DNA of 64,000 bases from Mobula hypostoma (taxonomy: Eukaryota): positions 28,212,001 to 28,276,000 of the forward strand of contig NC_086097.1 of NCBI RefSeq assembly GCF_963921235.1, written 5' to 3'. Of the stretch, positions 25,120 to 38,099 are shown piece by piece. The notes beneath the pieces were generated by a model, which ran no database searches, was not told the origin of the DNA, and was given only the letters and a program-made list of their open reading frames with translations. Position numbers and translations under genes: made by a program. How positions within the stretch are numbered: the first letter of the stretch is position 1; every line of letters begins with the position of its first letter.

Positions 25120-27132
25120 GATCTTTATCAGGGATGAAGATGCAACGAACCAGAATTGATTAGAGAGCTTAAGATTAAAGATTCCTGAGGGACAAGTGAT
25201 CATAATATGATCGAATTCACCCTGAAATTTGAGAAGGAGGAGCTAGAGTCAGATGTATCAGTACGTAAAGGGAATTACAGAGGCATGAAGAGGAGTTGGT
25301 CAGAATTAATTAACAGCAGAGCAGCAATGGCTGGAATTTCTGGAAGCAATTCATAAGGCACAGGATATATACATTCCCAAAAGGAAGAAGTACCCTAAAG
25401 GAGAGATGGCATGACCGTGGCTAACAGGAGAAGTCAAAGCCAACATGAAAGCCAATGAGAGGGCATATAATAGAGCAAAAATTCGTGGGATGTTAGAGGA
25501 TTGGGGAGGTTTTAAAAACCAAAAGAAGGTAACTAAAAAGGGCAGTAAGAAGGTAAAGATGGAATACAAAAGTAAGCTAGGCAATAATAGTAAGAGGATA
25601 CCAAAAGTTTCTTCAGATACATATAGTGTAAAAAAAGAGGTGAGGGTGGATATCGGACTGCTTGAAAACAATGCTGGAGAGGTAGTAATGGAGGACAAGA
25701 AAATAGCAGATGAATTGAACAAGTATTTTGCATCAGTCGTCACTGTGGAAGACACTAGCAGTATGGGGGCAGTTCCAGGCGTCAGGGGCATGAAGTGTGT
25801 GAAGTTACCATAACTAGAGAGAAGGTTCTTGGGAAACTGAAAGGTCTGAAGGTGCATAGGTCAACTGAACCAGATGTTGTACACCCCAGGGTTCTGAAAG
25901 AGGTAGCTGAAAAGATTGCGGAGGCATTAGTCATGATCTTTAAAGAATCACTAGATTCTGGAATGGTTCTGGGAGACTTGAAAATTGCAAATGTTACTCC
26001 ACTCTTCAAGAAGGGAGAGAGGCAGAAGAAAGGAAACTATAAGCCAGTTAGTCTGACCTCAGTGGTGGGAAGATGTTGGAGTCGATGATTAAGGATGACA
26101 TCTCAAGGTACTTGGAGGCACATGATAAGATAGGCCACAGTCAGCATGGTTTCATCAAGGGAAAATCTTGTCTGCCAGATCTGTTGGAATTCTTTGCAAA
26201 AGTAACAAGCAGGATAGACAAAAGAGAATCAGTTGATTTCTACTTGGATTTTCGGAAGCCCTTTGACAAGGTACCTCACTTGAGGATGCTTAACAAGGTA
26301 CAAGCCCGTGGTATTACAGGAAAGATTCTGGCATGGATAAAGCAGTGGCTGATTGGCCAGAAGCAAAGAGTGGGAATAAAGGGAGCCTTTTCTGGTTGGC
26401 TGCCAGTGACTACTGGTATCACACAGGGGTCTGTGTTGGGACTGACTCTTTTTACGTTATATGTCAATGATTTAGATGATGGAATTGATGGAAAGTTTGC
26501 AAAGGATCTGAAGGTAGGTGGATGGGCAGGTAGTTTTGAGGAAGTAGAGAGGCTACAGAAGGAATTAGACAGATTATGAGAATGGGCAAAGAAATGGCAG
26601 ATGGAATACAGTGTCTGGAAGTGTATGGTCACGTACTTTTGTAGAAAAAATGAAAGGGTTTACTACTTTCTAAATGGAGAGAAAATACAAAAAAACTGAA
26701 GTGCAAAGGGACTTGGGAGATCTTGTGTAGGATTCCCTAAAGGTTAACTTGCAGATTGAGTCTGTAGTGAGGAAGGTAACTGCAAAGCTGGCATTCATTT
26801 CAAGAGGACTAGAATATAAAAGCAAAGATGTAATGTTGAAAGTTTACATCCTTTAGAGGGGTGTCCTTTTCGAATGGAGATGAGAAGGAATTTCTTTAGC
26901 CAGAGAGTGGTGAGTCTGTGGAATTCTTTGCCACAGGCAGCTGTGGAGGGTAAGTTTTTATGTTTATTTAAGGCAGAGGTTGATAGATTCTTGACTGGTC
27001 AGGGCATGAAGGGATACGGGGAGAAGGCAGGAGATTGGGCTGAGAGGAAGATTGGATCAGCCACGATGTAATGGCAGAACAGACTCACTGGGCCAGATGG
27101 CCTAATTCTGCTCTTATATCTTATGGTCTTAT
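25120..27132 (+). mobile_element. Decayed CR1 LINE ORF2 (RT) through 3' end
   Basis: ANVTPLFKKG..NYKPVSLTS, SQHGF.KGKSC, DFRKPFDKVPH, QGSVLG motifs with frameshifts; tail TCTTATGGTCTTAT. Confidence 0.92.
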
Positions 27133-27268
27133 ATACGCAGGGAGAGAACTAGATCCTTATTCACTGATATATAATTACCAGGATTATCCCAATTACCTTT
27201 CCTGAACAAATAGAGCAACATGTTCCATCCTCCAATTCTCCAGTGCGACTCCTTTGGGTAGTGAGAAC

Positions 27269-28093
27269 TGTGACGAGAAACCAAGTTATCAGAAGATTGA
27301 TGCTGATGAGAGAGATAAGGGAGACAATGGAGAAGCGTTCAAAATGTTAATAAGAGAGGAGAGAGATTAACGAAAAAAGATACAGTTCCGAGTATTGACA
27401 GACCGGTTGCTTTGAACCTGAACTGTTTGAAGTTTGATGGACAGGAGGTACCCCAGCAGGGGGATAAAAAGAACAGGTTTGCTAAGGCAAGACACACACC
27501 ACGAGATCACGAGATAACGAGACCCTGGAAAAGCGGTGTGCCCCCACAAGTTGGTGGGAGTTTGGAGGTCTGGTCGTGGAACCGACCATAGACGCACAGG
27601 GTGAAAAGGTACGATCGGCGGGAACCTGGTGTGTGTGTCCGCCCTTGCCTGGGTGCCGGGTTCACCGCGGAAGAATGGTTGTATCCGGAATGGAGGGGTC
27701 ACAGTCGGTGACCACAGAAGACATAAAAGGGTTCACCCGAAAGCTAACTGTGAAGAACAAAGGTCTGTGTGAATCAGAATTTGCATTCTCACTCTCTCTC
27801 TCCAACGGCATAACAGCGATTACTACGAACTGTACTAAGCTGAACTGAACTCTGCGTCACTTGAGACTGATCATTTTGCCCCTAGACTGCGATAGAGCTT
27901 GTTTGATTCCTATTACCCTAGTTCTGTGTACATGTGTGTTTTATCATTGCTAATCTGTTGCATTCATATCCTTACGATTAGAGTACTGTGTTACTTATTT
28001 CTTTAATAAAACTTTCTTAGTTCCAGTAATCCAGACTCCAACTAAGTGGTCCATTTCTGCTGGTTTGGCAACCCAGTTATGGGGTATGTAACA
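27269..28093 (+). mobile_element. Solo LTR, 825 bp (Gypsy-like)
   Basis: Begins TGTGAC, ends GTAACA; 4-bp target-site duplication GAAC (27265-27268 and 28094-28097); AATAAA near 28005. Confidence 0.85.
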
Positions 28094-29049
28094 GAACATA
28101 AAGAATGCTGTCAAAGTCCCAGCAATCTTTTCTCTCATTTTCCATAGTAACCTAAGGTACATTACATCCAGAGCTGTGACTTATTTATCCGAATAATAAT
28201 AATATAATGCAAGACCATACATTACTCTACACTACAGTATGTTCCATCTGCCACTCCTTTGCCCATCCTCATGATCTGCTTAAGTCATTCTGCAGACTCC
28301 CTGCTTCCTCAACACTACCTGCCCTCCACCTGCCTTCCCATCACTCAAAAACATTAGGAACCCAGGAATGAAAGGGTTAACAGGTGAGGTGAGTTTGATG
28401 GGTCTGGGTCTATACTCACTAGGATTTAGAAGAATAATGGCTGGGGGGAGAGGTCTCATTGAATTCTTGTGAATATTGAAAAGTTCAGATAGAGTGGAAG
28501 TGAAGAGGATGTTTTCGACAGTGGACCAGAGAGCCGGCCTCAGAATATAAGGGCATTACTTTAGAACAGAGCTAAGGAGGAATTATCTTTATCCAGAGGG
28601 TGATGAATCTGTGGAATTCATCGCCACAGACCCTATGACCTAGTCATAGGGTGTATTGAAAGCAGAGGTTGATAGGTTCTTGATTAGTCAGAGTGTGAAA
28701 GGTTAAGGCGAGAAGGCACAAGAATGAGGTTGGGAGGGATCATGGAATGACAGAGAAGACTTATTGGGCCAAATGGCTCAATTCTGCTCTTACATCTTTT
28801 ATCTAATATTCTTCAGAAGCTCCAGCACTGCCTCTTTCTTAAGGTCAAAGTCCCCGTTACCGGTGAACACTGAAGCCAAGTATTCATTAAGGATCTTCCC
28901 TGCCTCCTGCAACTCTAAACACGTTTTTACTTTAACTCCGAGCAGTCCTACCCTCACTCTAGTAACCGTCCTGTTCCTTGTGTACGCATAGAATAAAGCA
29001 CAGCTAACATATATACTGACTGAGACAACAATAGTCAGAGATTACACGA

Positions 29050-29765
29050 CAAACACCGCAAAACCTGCAGGTGCTGGAAATGCAAAGCAACACGCACAAA
29101 ATGTTGGAGGAACTCAGCAGGTCAGGCAGCATCAATGGAGAGGGGTGAACAGTTGACATTTTGGGCCGAGACCCTTCTTCAGGACTGAGAAGGAAGGGGG
29201 AAGATCCGGAATTTAAAAATGGGGGGAGGGTAACGAGGCTAAGTAGAAGGTGATAGTGGATGGGCAAGGTCAAGGGCAGGGGAAGAAAGAATCCGATAGG
29301 AGAGGAGAACGGACAATAGGAGAAATGGAAGGAGGAGGGGACCCGGGGGAAGTGATAGGCAGGTGAGAAGAAGTAAAGGCCAGAGTGAAGAATAAAGGTG
29401 GGGGAGGGGGAAATTTTGTTCACGGGAAGGAGAAATTGATATTCATGCCCCCAGTTTGGAGGCTACCCAGACAGAATTTAAGGTGCTGCTCCTCCACCCT
29501 GAGGGTGCCCTCAGCGTGGTACAAGAGGAGGCCGTGGATCGACATGTCGGAATGAGAATGGGAACGTGAATTAACATTTTTGGCCACCAGGAAGTCTTGC
29601 TTGTGGCAGATGGTGTGGAGATGTTCGACGATGCGGTCTCCCAATTTATGACAAGTCTCACTGATGTAGAGGAGGCCGCATCGGGAACACTGGATACAAT
29701 AGACAACCCCAGCCGATTCACAGGTGAAGTGTTGCCTCACCTGGAAGGACTGTTTGTGGCCCTGA
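29050..29765 (-). mobile_element. Penelope-like 3' fragment (GIY-YIG)
   Basis: FTCESAGVVYCIQCSRCGLLYISET motif; tail with decayed hammerhead motif at 29150-29187. Confidence 0.88.
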
Positions 29766-30182
29766 AGTACGGAATTATTTATTTACTGTTCATTTTTCTT
29801 TTTTTTCTTGTTTAACGTGTGTACAATTTGTTCTCTTTTGCACATTAGGTGATTGTCAGTCTTCCATATATATAGTTGTTGATAAAAATCTATTTATTTC
29901 CGTATAAACGCCTGCAAGAAAATTAATCGCAGGATGGTATATGGTGACATATATGCGTGTAATTTGACAATAAGCTGACTTTGAACTTGAATCATCTGGG
30001 ATTGTTCTCACTGGAATGTGAGAGGCTGAAGGACGATGACAACGTTGAAGGGTATAAATAGGGCATTGAGCTGGTTCACACACAGTACATGCTCACCTTC
30101 GCTGTTCTGAAACAAGTCAATCATCTCGATCATAGGCGCAATCTTATTGACATCAGGGTGTCGTTTTACCTCTGCCCAATAG

Positions 30183-30302
30183 GTATCGGTGATGGAGGGA
30201 ATGAACTGGGAATGGGGAAGGTGAAAGAGGCTGTCAAGAAGTACATTCCCAACGGGGACCGGATAGCTTGTGACGTCAGTGCGGACTTTACAGTTGTTGC
30301 AG
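30183..30302 (+). CDS. DGLUCY: D-glutamate cyclase exon ([14 protein letters not shown]...[13 protein letters not shown])
   Basis: AG at 30181-30182, G|GTGGGT donor; GDGGNE.GMG signature. Confidence 0.95.
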
Positions 30303-30969
30303 GTGGGTTTCATTGATCTTCAATCGAACAAAGGATTGATGATTAGTTGATTGGTTTATTATTATTATTGATACAGTGGATGAATTTATTTTTCACATGT
30401 ACACTGAAAATTAGAGTGAAATGTGTGGCTTGCGTTAACAACCGGCACAATCTATGGATGTGCTGGGGGCAGCCTGTGAGTGTGGCCACTCATTCTGGTG
30501 CCAACATACTCACAGTGCTCAGCAGGTCACAACAAGTAACAAGATAGCAGCAGCAAAACAAGCCCAAGCAGTTGCAGAGGAAGTGCAATGCAAGTAGACT
30601 AAGGCCTTGATGAGGTAGATTGGGAGGTCAGGAGCTCATCTTTTAGTCTACGAGAGGTTTGTTCAAGAGTCCGAAGAGACAATCATTAGGTGTTAGGCTG
30701 AGGTTGGCTTTTGTTCCTGTGAAGCTGACCCTTGTCTACCCATGATTAGTGAAAGTGATAACTGGTCCATCACTGGAGAGACCCAGGGCTTCGCATGATT
30801 GATGTTTCTTCTTAGTCCATTCACCTGAAGTTGGCATAATCCATACAGAAGATGGCAGGATTTTAAGCACAATTTATCTTCAGCCAACTTGAGCTTCATT
30901 GATTGTTGCCTTTCATTCAGCCTGGGAATTCTGCCATGTGACAAATAAAGCTAATCTTAAATCATCTTA

Positions 30970-31890
30970 TTTACGTGGTTGGCTGCCTGTGACTAGTGGT
31001 GCTCCACAGGCATGGATGGTGGAACCACTTCTTTCCACATTATGTGTCAGTGATAAGGACCGAGATACAGTGAAAAGCTCTGTGGCCAAATTTACAGATG
31101 ATACGAAAGCAAGCTGAAGACGCAGGGAGTCTGCAGAAGGACTTGGACAGAATTAGAGAATAAGCAAAGTATATATAGTGTAGGGAACTCTGTGGTCATG
31201 CACTTTGGTAGAAGGCATAGACTATTTTCTAAAATTCAAAGAGACTTGGGAGTCCTCTTGCAGGATTCACCAGAGGTTAACTTGCAAGCTGAGTCAATCA
31301 TGAGGAAGGCAAATGCAATGTTAGCATTCATTTCGAGAGGATTGGAATGAGGCTTTGTAAGGCATTGGTCAGATTACACTTGGAGTACTGTGAGCTGCTT
31401 ATCTAAAAAAAGGATGTGCTGGCATTGGAGAGGGTCCAGAGGAGGATTCTGGTAATGAAAGGGAAACATATGAGGAGTGTTTGATAGCTCTGGGCCAGTA
31501 TTCACTGGAATTTAGAAGAATGAGAGGGGATCTCGTTGATACCTATCGAGTATTGAAAGGCCTAGATAGAGTGGGGGAGTCTAGGACCAGAGGGCACAGC
31601 CTCAGAATAGAGGGACATCCGTTTAGAACAGAGATGAGGAGGAATTTCTTTAGCCAGATGGTGGCGAATCTCTGGAATACACTGCCGCAGACGGCTGTGG
31701 AGGCCACGACATTGGGTATACTTAAGGTGGAGGTTGATAGATTCTTGATTAGTAAGGGTGTCAAAGGTTACGGGGAGAAGGCAGTGAAATAGGGCTGGGA
31801 GGGATAGTAAATCATCCATGATAAAATGGTTGAACAGACTCAATGGGCTGAATGGCCTACTCCTATGTCTTAGGGTCTATGGTCTTATTC
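30970..31890 (+). mobile_element. Decayed CR1 3' fragment
   Basis: WLPVTSGAPQ, KFTDDTK and YSLEFRRMRGDL motifs. Confidence 0.8.
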
Positions 31891-31931
31891 TGATTTGTTA
31901 TTGTTTTACCTTATTTTAGCTCAAACCTACT

Positions 31932-32589
31932 TCCTTTTTAAATCTTTTTATTGAATAAGTATACAAAAGGGTAAGCCATATAGGCACTAATACACTGTTA
32001 GAATATAATAAAATTACAGGAAATATTAATACAAAAAAAAGTGATACAAACAATGTAATTTAAACATAACATACTAAGGTAACATAATAGTATACTAATT
32101 TTTATATATATATCTCAATAGAGAAAAGGAAAAAAAAACCCAAAAAAACCCCACCGTGCAACTAACTAAAAGCAAAGCAAAGCAATGGGCTAACTTGGAA
32201 CCAAGCAGAGTTAAAGAACTTAAGATCACGTCCTCAATCCCGACCTCCATTAAAAACAGTAAAAAAAAACAAGAAGGGTATATAAATATGGAGCAAAAAA
32301 AGAGGAGAAAAAAAATTACATTAAATGAAAATATTGAATAAAAGATCTCCAGGTCTGTTCAAATTTAAGTGAGGAATCATAAAGATTGCTTCTAATTTTC
32401 TCCAAATTCAAGCATAATATCGTCTGAGAAAACCAAAAAAAGGTAGTTGGAGCATTAAGCTCTTTCCAATGTTGTAAGATACATCTTTTCGCTATTAAAG
32501 TAAGAAATGCAATCATTCTACGGGCTGAAGGAGAAAGATTACTGGAAATTTTAGGTAGTCCAAAGATAGCAGTAATAGGGTGAGGAGAG
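31932..32589 (-). mobile_element. 5'-truncated L1/Tx1-type LINE with 14-bp target-site duplication
   Basis: AGCTCAAACCTACT at 31918-31931 and 32590-32603; near-identical to the 3' part of 38100-39089. Confidence 0.9.
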
Positions 32590-34554
32590 AGCTCAAACCT
32601 ACTGTGTAATGATTTGACCTGTATGAACAATATGCACGACAATCCTTTAACTGTATCTCGGTTCATGTGACAATAAAAACCCATTTCCAATACCAATACC
32701 ACATTGAAGTGAAGATGCTGCTCCCAAAACTCGTCAGAAGCCCCGCCCTCTGGACAGAACTTCTTATCGCTCCTGAGCAGACATTGGACATGTCTATTCA
32801 ACACCTACAACACCAGATGCAAAAAATTGTTTTGAGGAGTTTCTGCAGATATGCATTCTCCAAATAATCTCTAAACATGAGACAGGATATTTTTGAGCAA
32901 AAGGACACTAATAGACACAGTTCAAAAGTTTTGTAGAATTCAGTGGTCTTAAAAAAACTGAGAAACTGACTAATATAACTAGCAAACACCTTTCTGTTTA
33001 GAACGACATTGTTGTGTTGACCTTTTAACCTACTCCAAGGTCAGTCTAACCCTTCTCTCCCACATAGCCTTCCAATTTTCTTTCATCCTTCTGCCTTTCT
33101 GAGAGTCTCTTAAATGTTTGTGGAATGCCTCTACAACCACCCCTGGTAGGGCATCCCACAAACTCACCACTCTTTGTGTAACAAACCTATTTTAAGGTAG
33201 TACAAGGGAAAACAGTTACCAAATGCAGAATAAAGTGTTACAGTCAGCGCAGGCAAACAAAAAGATGGAAGGTTATAATGGGGTAGATTGTGAGGCTCAG
33301 AGTCCATCTTATCGTACTAGGGGACCATTCAATAATTTTATAACTTCATGATGGAAGCAGTCCTTAAGTCTGTGGTTCCAGATTACTGGTGTTCAAATTA
33401 GGTTAAATTAAAGTGCATTATTTTCTCCTTTATTGTTAGGTGCTTTCAGACTTTTATATCTTCTGCCTGATGGGAAGGGCAAGAAGAGAGAGTGATCTAG
33501 GGTGGGTGGTATCTTTGATTATGTTGGCTGCTTTCCCGAGGCAACGAAAAGTGCAGACATATTCCATGGAGGGAGGCTGGTTTCCGCGAGGCGCTTAGGA
33601 GGTTCGTAAGTCTGCTATCAGAATAACTTCTGGAAAGTAAATGCAAGGGGAATGTTGGTTGAGGAGGACGGGAAGAGCGAAGGGGGAAGGGGGAGGTGGG
33701 AGGTGGGAAGCTTGCTGGCCAGCTTCTCCCGTCCGTCCAGTGATGAGCTGCCTGTAATTCTGCGCAGACGTTGGGCTGAGAGGCCACCTATGCGAAATAT
33801 TAAATAGGAAGAGAGCGGAAAGCACGTGAACAGATTTGAAGTAGTTATTGGAGATCAGACAAAGTAATTTTCAGCAAAACTGAGGGGCTTCTTGCTCAGC
33901 TAAATACTTAAGGACATTAAAACTGGAGGGAGGTTACAATCTTTTCTATTGGAGGCTTACACATATCCCTGCAATATATGCTGTACCTTAACTATGTGAA
34001 GGGAAAAAGCGATCTGGGAATGCAGATAAATAATTCCTTGAAAATGGTGTCACAAGTAAAATAAGGTTGTAACAAGAGCTGTTGGCATATTGACCTTCTT
34101 AAGTCAGAATACAGGAACTGGAATGTTATGTTGAAGTTGTTTAAGATGTTGGTGAGGCCAATTTGGAATATTGTCACCCATTGTTCTGGTCACCCATCTA
34201 TAGGAACGATCAATAAGTGTGAAGGAGTAGAGACAACATGTACATGGTTGTGCTGGAACTGCAGGACCTGAGTTTCAGAAAGAGGTTGGATAGGTTAGGA
34301 CATTATTCCCTGGAACGTTGGAGAATGAGGGAAGATTAGATAGAGATATACAAAATTATGATGCATCTAGAGAAGGCGAATACAAGCAGGCTTTCCCCAC
34401 TGAGGGTTGGTTGAAACTAGACCAGAGGGTATAGGTTTAGCATGAAAGGTGAAATGTTTAAGGGGAACCTGAGGGGAGACTTCTTCAGTCAGAGGGTGGT
34501 GAAGGAAAAAGCTGGCCAAAGTGGTGGATGTGAGTTAAACTGTAACATTTCATA

Positions 34555-35548
34555 CAAACATAGAAACACAGAAAACCTACAGCACAATACAGGCCCTTCG
34601 GCCCACAATGCTGTGCCGAACATATACTTACTATAGAAACTACCTAGGGTTACCCATAGCCCTCTGTTTTTCTAAGCTCCATGTACCGATTCAAGAGTCT
34701 CTTAAAAGACCCTATCGTATCTGCCTCCACCATCGTCACTGGCAGCCCATTCCACACACTCACCACTCTGCGTAAAAAAAACTCACCCCTGACATCTACC
34801 CTGTACCTACTTCCAAGCACCTTAAAACTGTGCCCTCTTGTGTTAGCTATTTCAGCCCTGAGAAAAAGCCTCTGACTATCCACACGATCAATGTCTCTCA
34901 TTATCTTATACACCTCTATCAAGTCACCTCTCATCCTCCATCTCTCCAAGAAGAAAAGGCCAAGTTCACTCAACCTGTTCTCGTAAGGCATGCTCCCCAA
35001 TCCAGGCAACATCCTTGTAAATCTCCTCTGCACCCTTTCTATAGTTTCCGCATCCTTCCTGTAGTGAGGTGACCAGAACTGGTCACAGTACTCCAAGTGG
35101 GGTCTGACCAGGGTCCTATAAAGCTGTAACATTATCTCTTCACTCTTAAACTCAATCCCACGATCGATGAAGGCCAATGCACCGTATGCCTTCTTAACCA
35201 CAGAGCCAACCTGCACAGCAGCTTTGGGTGTCCTATGTACTTGGACCCCAAGATCCCTCTGATCCTCCACACTGCCAAGAGTCTTACCATTAATACTACA
35301 AACGTTTGTATATTCTGCCGTCATATTTGAGCTATCAAGATGAACCACCTCACACTTGTCTGGGTTGAATGCCCCACTGTAGCCTCTGACAGCCCTCCAC
35401 ACTATCCACAACACCCCCAACCTTTGTGTCATCAGCAAATTTACTAACCCATCCCTCCACTTCCTCATCCAGTTCATTTATAAACATCACAAAAAGAAGG
35501 GGTCCCAGGACAGATCCCTGAGGCACAGCACTGGTCACCGACCTCCAA
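34555..35548 (-). mobile_element. CR1 LINE 3' portion nested in an older plus-strand CR1 relic (about 33990-35690)
   Basis: [16 protein letters not shown] and LYRTLVRPHLEYC.QFWSP motifs. Confidence 0.88.
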
Positions 35549-35836
35549 GGAAGATTGGATAAGTGCATGGTTGGGAGGGTATGAAGAGCTGAGGTCCAGG
35601 TGTGGGTAGATTGGACTAGTTAGGAACACAGAGTGGCATAGACTAGATGGGCCAAAGGGCCTGTTTCTGTGCTGTAGTATTCTATGACTCTAAGAAGCAA
35701 TCTTAATGGCAGTAACACACACAAAATGCTGCAGGAACCCTGCAGATTAAGCAGCGTCTTAAACGATAAACAGTTGATGTTTGGGCTTTCCTGCATCTGC
35801 AGAGACTGCTGTGTAATGATGGCTGTGTTTCCTTAG

Positions 35837-35988
35837 GTGTGTCAAACTGGGCTGGCTATGCCATGGCTTGTGCCCTGCACGTCCTCAACAACTGCACGGT
35901 CCATGAACGCTACCTTCACAAAGCCACTGGATTTCCCAAGGTGCTGGACGTTGACAGATACACTGCAGCACTGCCCACCGTCCTCAAG
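35837..35988 (+). CDS. DGLUCY: D-glutamate cyclase exon (GVSNWAGYAMACAL...ALPTVLK)
   Basis: TTTCCTTAG acceptor, AAG|GTAAGG donor; VSNW.GY motif. Confidence 0.94.
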
Positions 35989-36599
35989 GTAAGGTGCACA
36001 AGCCAATAGGTGAGGGAAAAGGCCATTTGGCCCCTCAAGCCTGCCATACTGTTCAGCCTGACCATGGCAGGTCTCTGCTGGCCTCAGTCCCCCCCATCGG
36101 TGCCAGTTCCCCACAGCCCTCAATTCCTTGATCTTTCAAATGTTTATCTGTCTTATCTTAAATATGTCAAATGATCCGGCCCCCGCCACCTAGAGAGGCC
36201 AAGAGTTCCAGAGATTCACCTCCCTTTGTGACAACAAATTTCAGTGCACCTTAGTCTTTAATGACAGTCTCCTTGTAACGATATCTCCTTGTTCATGACT
36301 CTCCCACTGGTGGAAACATCTCAGCATCTACTCCATTAACTCCTCTTATGTGTTTGAATAAACTCATTCCTCATTCTTTTAAGCTCCAAGGAATACAGAC
36401 CCACAATTGCCAACCTCTAGTGACGTAGGATAAAGTGGGGCAATATGGTGGTGCAGCAGTTAATGTAATGCTAATAAAGCATCAGCGACCAGGGATCAAA
36501 TCCCACCGCTGTCTTGTATGTTCTTCCCACGTCCGTGTAGGTTTCCTCTGGGTGCTCTGGTTTCCTCTCACGTTCCAAAGATGTACGGGCTAGTAAATT

Positions 36600-36857
36600 A
36601 ATTGGACACATCGGTGTAATTGGAAACATCGGTGTAATTGGACACATCGGTGTAATTGGAAACATCGGTGTAATTGGAAACATCGGTGTAATTGGACACA
36701 TCGGTGTAATTGGAAACATCGGTGTAATTGGAAACATCGGTGTAATTGGACACATCGGTGTAATTGGAAACATCGGTGTAATTGGACACATCGGTGTAAT
36801 TGGAAACATCGGTGTAATTGGACACATCGGTGTAATTGGACACATCGGTGTAATTGG
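36600..36857. repeat. 18-bp minisatellite (AATTGGAMACATCGGTGT) x14 inside an HE1/V-SINE-like copy (about 36440-36980)
   Basis: Fourteen units differing at a single A/C site. Confidence 0.97.
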
Positions 36858-37184
36858 CGCCAGAAGCATGGCGACATTTGCAGGCCACCGTCAGCACATC
36901 CTCGAACTGTGTCGGTTGTTGACACAAATGTTGTATTTCACTGTATGTTTTAATGTACATGTGACAAATAAAGCTAATCTTCTTCTACCAAACAACAAGT
37001 TTCACGCCATATCTCAGTGATAATAAACCTGATTCTGATTGTGTTAACACTACCAGCTATCTAACTACAGACTTACTAACTGGACCCTGGGGAGGAATCT
37101 GAAATCCGCGGTACTCCCAGTTACTTCCTCTGTCTGAATAAACCCACGAGAAGTTTTCCAATCTCTCTCTTCACCTGTCCTCAG

Positions 37185-37337
37185 GAAGAAAAACTGCTGG
37201 CGCTGCTGGTGAAACATGGAATTCGGAGTGGGAAAACCGGGAATCTGGGAATGGAAGTGGATGGCTTGTTATTCCACGATGTGCATTCACCCATGATCAA
37301 AAAGTTACTGGAGATCACACTTAAGCAACACCAGTGA
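37185..37337 (+). CDS. DGLUCY: D-glutamate cyclase terminal coding exon (EEKLLALLVKHGIRSGKTG..GMEVDGL...KQHQ*)
   Basis: CCTCAG acceptor, phase 0, TGA at 37335-37337; EVDGL motif. Confidence 0.93.
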   Translation, partial: EEKLLALLVKHGIRSGKTGNLGMEVDGLLFHDVHSPMIKKLLEITLKQHQ

Positions 37338-37570
37338 AATTAGCAAGAAAGGAGTCAACCTTAGACAGGGAGTTCCAGAAAATGTTAGATTAACTGATTG
37401 ATGTAATGGAGAAGGTTTATTAGATTTTAATGAACTGTTTTCTTTGATATATGCCATATTTTCCTGATATAGTTCAGGCACAGTTTTCTCTTTAATACAT
37501 TGTTTTTCCTATCACTAGGTTATTTCAGATTCAAATTAGTTTATTATCAAATACCCCGGGAATCTCTCAG

Positions 37571-37884
37571 AATAAACAGTGTACTTGTCAATAATAAAGA
37601 CTGTGACAAGCACAGAACATTGGACGAGTGCAAAGTATAGTGGAAACTAAACTAGTGTGGAAAGAAGTGACAATAACAGAATAACCAGAAGAGGTAGAGC
37701 CAAGAGGTCGAGAAGGTGACAGTATCAATCGGAAGGAGGTGCGAAAGAGCTGAATAGGTCTGAAGTCCGATAACAATTGGGAGAAGTTCACTGTTAATGT
37801 TGATTATATTTCTTCCCTTTAGTAATTGTTCTCAATGCTGATTGTATTTTCATTTTGCATCATGCCGCTGACATTTTTAATAAA
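37571..37884 (+). terminator. Candidate DGLUCY polyadenylation signals
   Basis: AATAAA at 37571, 37593 and 37879; the last is followed by GT/T-rich sequence. The site actually used cannot be determined from sequence alone. Confidence 0.5.
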
Positions 37885-38099
37885 GACTTGATCAGTGTTT
37901 TTGCAAATTAGTTGTTTGTCAGTCTTTGTAATTTATAGTTTTTCCTGAATGCTATTGTATTTTTTCATTTTCCTGTAAAGGCCTGCGAGAAAACAAGCCC
38001 AAAGTAAGAGTGTGGGGACATATAGGCACTTTGATAGTATATTCACTTTCTACTTTGGAGATGTTTTTGTAAAACTAGGATGTGTTAAGAGTGGGCTTA

